Shown here one piece after another: positions 62,581 through 64,000 of a DNA stretch of 64,000 bases; positions within the stretch are counted from its first letter, which is position 1; every line of letters begins with the position of its first letter. The translations under genes and the position numbers were made by a program. Source of the DNA: Azolla caroliniana (lineage: Eukaryota > Plantae > Polypodiophyta); contig JBHGNT010000014.1 in the NCBI GenBank assembly GCA_043228905.1, positions 9,920,001 through 9,984,000 on the forward strand, read 5' to 3'. The notes under the pieces were generated by a model that was not told where the DNA came from, made no database searches, and worked only from the letters and a program-made list of their open reading frames with translations.

Positions 62581-63579
62581 TGTTGTAGGTTTTAGGTTTA
62601 GGGTAAATGATGATAATGATAAAGATAGGAATAGGGTTAACAATCATGGTAGATTGATCATGTATGTGTGATGATAATGGTGAGAGATCATGAAGAACAA
62701 GACAAGCTTTGAGGGGTGGGGGGTGGTGCCTAGAATGGCTCCACCCCCCTCCCAAGGGGGTTCAACGTTAAGGGGGAGAGAGAAAGATCTCAAAGATAGA
62801 TAGATAGATAGATAGATAGATTATATTATCGTCTTCGGAGGTCAAATATGACCTATGAGACCAAAAATATTACATTTCACGTGATACGTGTGAAAGTGAG
62901 TAGTGACTCTCGATGTTCAAGAACTTTACCAATGAATGTTACAATCGAGAGTGCACATTGTGGTTGTGAGAGGAATTCATGCAAAATGTGGGCTCGATCG
63001 AAGAGATGTGGAAAGCATGGTCGAATATGATCAAAGGCAGAGCATTGTATCAAAGTGTCATACTCAGACTCACGAACTTGTTTAGGGCAAAGTGTGCATA
63101 GCCGACCACTCTCATCACTTGTACCCCAACGCCCTGTTTCACATCGCAATGCATGTGAGCTAAGTCGCATGGAACCAATGGTTCAAATGGCAGATAACGG
63201 TATGGGCTCTAACATGTATGGATGTGTACGATTTCCCCGTTCCGCAAAGAATATGGTTTTGTAGTTAGGTGCAACATGTGTAGTATAATGTGTGAAGCGT
63301 GAGCCTCCACATTTGTCCCATGTCATGATACATTGGCATAGAGAGAAATGGTAATTGTCTTCATTCATTCCCCATAAGCGGTTAAATAGGTACAAAGGGT
63401 TAGATACACAAGGGTGCAAGCCCCTTGGGCATTCACACCTAGTCACTCACTCACACCTCTTTGTATCTACCACACTCACACTCATAATCGTATAAAATCA
63501 CACATACATATCCACACATTACATCTTTCACCCTCACTTATCATCTTTATCAATCACACGTACGTCTCGTACGGTAACA
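62581..63579. mobile_element. Solo LTR inserted in the copia F integrase
   Basis: TG...CA, perfect TSD CCAGT (62576-62580, 63580-63584); interrupts HSDVWG|..AQTPTIGGYRY. Confidence 0.9.
62799..63401 (-). mobile_element. 5'-truncated LINE with (CTAT)n tail inside the solo LTR
   Basis: RLSSHALRCETGRW..RLCTLC..VRESE...C LINE C-terminal zinc motif; (GATA)n on plus strand; possible TSD AGATA. Confidence 0.8.
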
Positions 63580-64000
63580 CCAGTCCCCATACATCTGAGT
63601 GTATGATGTCGAGGAGGCCTTTGCTCGCGTGTCTCTCCTTCGGGAATGGGAGTCGATATTGTTTGCTAAGTTGACACGCTTCGCATACTCGGTTGACTCG
63701 TTTCGACTCAAATGTCGGAAGTCCGATGACGACTCCCTTGGTTTGCATCGCTCGAAGCCGTTGAAGGTTTATGTGGCTGATTCTCTTGTGCCACAACTCG
63801 ATGCTTGTCTCGGTTTTGAGACCTTTGGTGTACATTGCCGATTTCACATCGTTCAAATCACGGATGAACAGTCGGCCATCTTTCTCAATGAAACAACCTT
63901 CGTTGTTGAAGCGGACTTGCATGCTTTGCTCCACAATTTGGCCGACAGAGACCAAATTCTTCGTTATTGTGGGCACGTGCAAGACATTCTTGATGCAAGT

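Larger units (their letters stand above)
60872..64000 (-). mobile_element. Copia element F (family B relative), internally deleted for RT/RNase H; extends beyond the window
   Basis: 3' LTR 60872-61289, PPT 61290-61299, integrase (HSDVWG, RSDG-like, KAYKCY), GYNEYMAHHYAF linker joined directly to the pol end (GLRGR). Confidence 0.88.

Overview
Eukaryotic (land plant, probably non-seed plant; inference from retroelement types) genomic DNA dominated by nested LTR retrotransposons, with one intact host gene. The gene is the SUMO-conjugating E2 SCE1/UBC9 (5 exons, 16772-21582, 160 aa, last intron GC-AG). Left block: a decayed non-chromovirus Ty3/gypsy element (1-~16150) holds a very young intact Ty1/copia (819-6174, LTRs identical by eye, TSD CCCCT) and an older copia (6396-12177). 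Middle: a hAT-like MITE, solo LTRs, LINE remnants, a ~152-bp tandem repeat interrupted by a second near-intact copy of the young copia family (27016-33278, minus), and a pogo-like element inside a gypsy gag remnant. Right block: a multi-level nest of copia, gypsy, solo-LTR and LINE insertions. Most notable: (i) two divergent gypsy elements carry a homologous extra ORF 3' of pol, each preceded by an identical ACTATTTAAAG TATA-like motif; (ii) a 732-bp insertion lacking a canonical TSD, with hairpins at both ends and a tRNA-like A/B box, sits exactly at the copia stop codon; (iii) one gypsy element is bounded by inverted rather than direct LTR copies. All analysis is by eye; no database searches were run.
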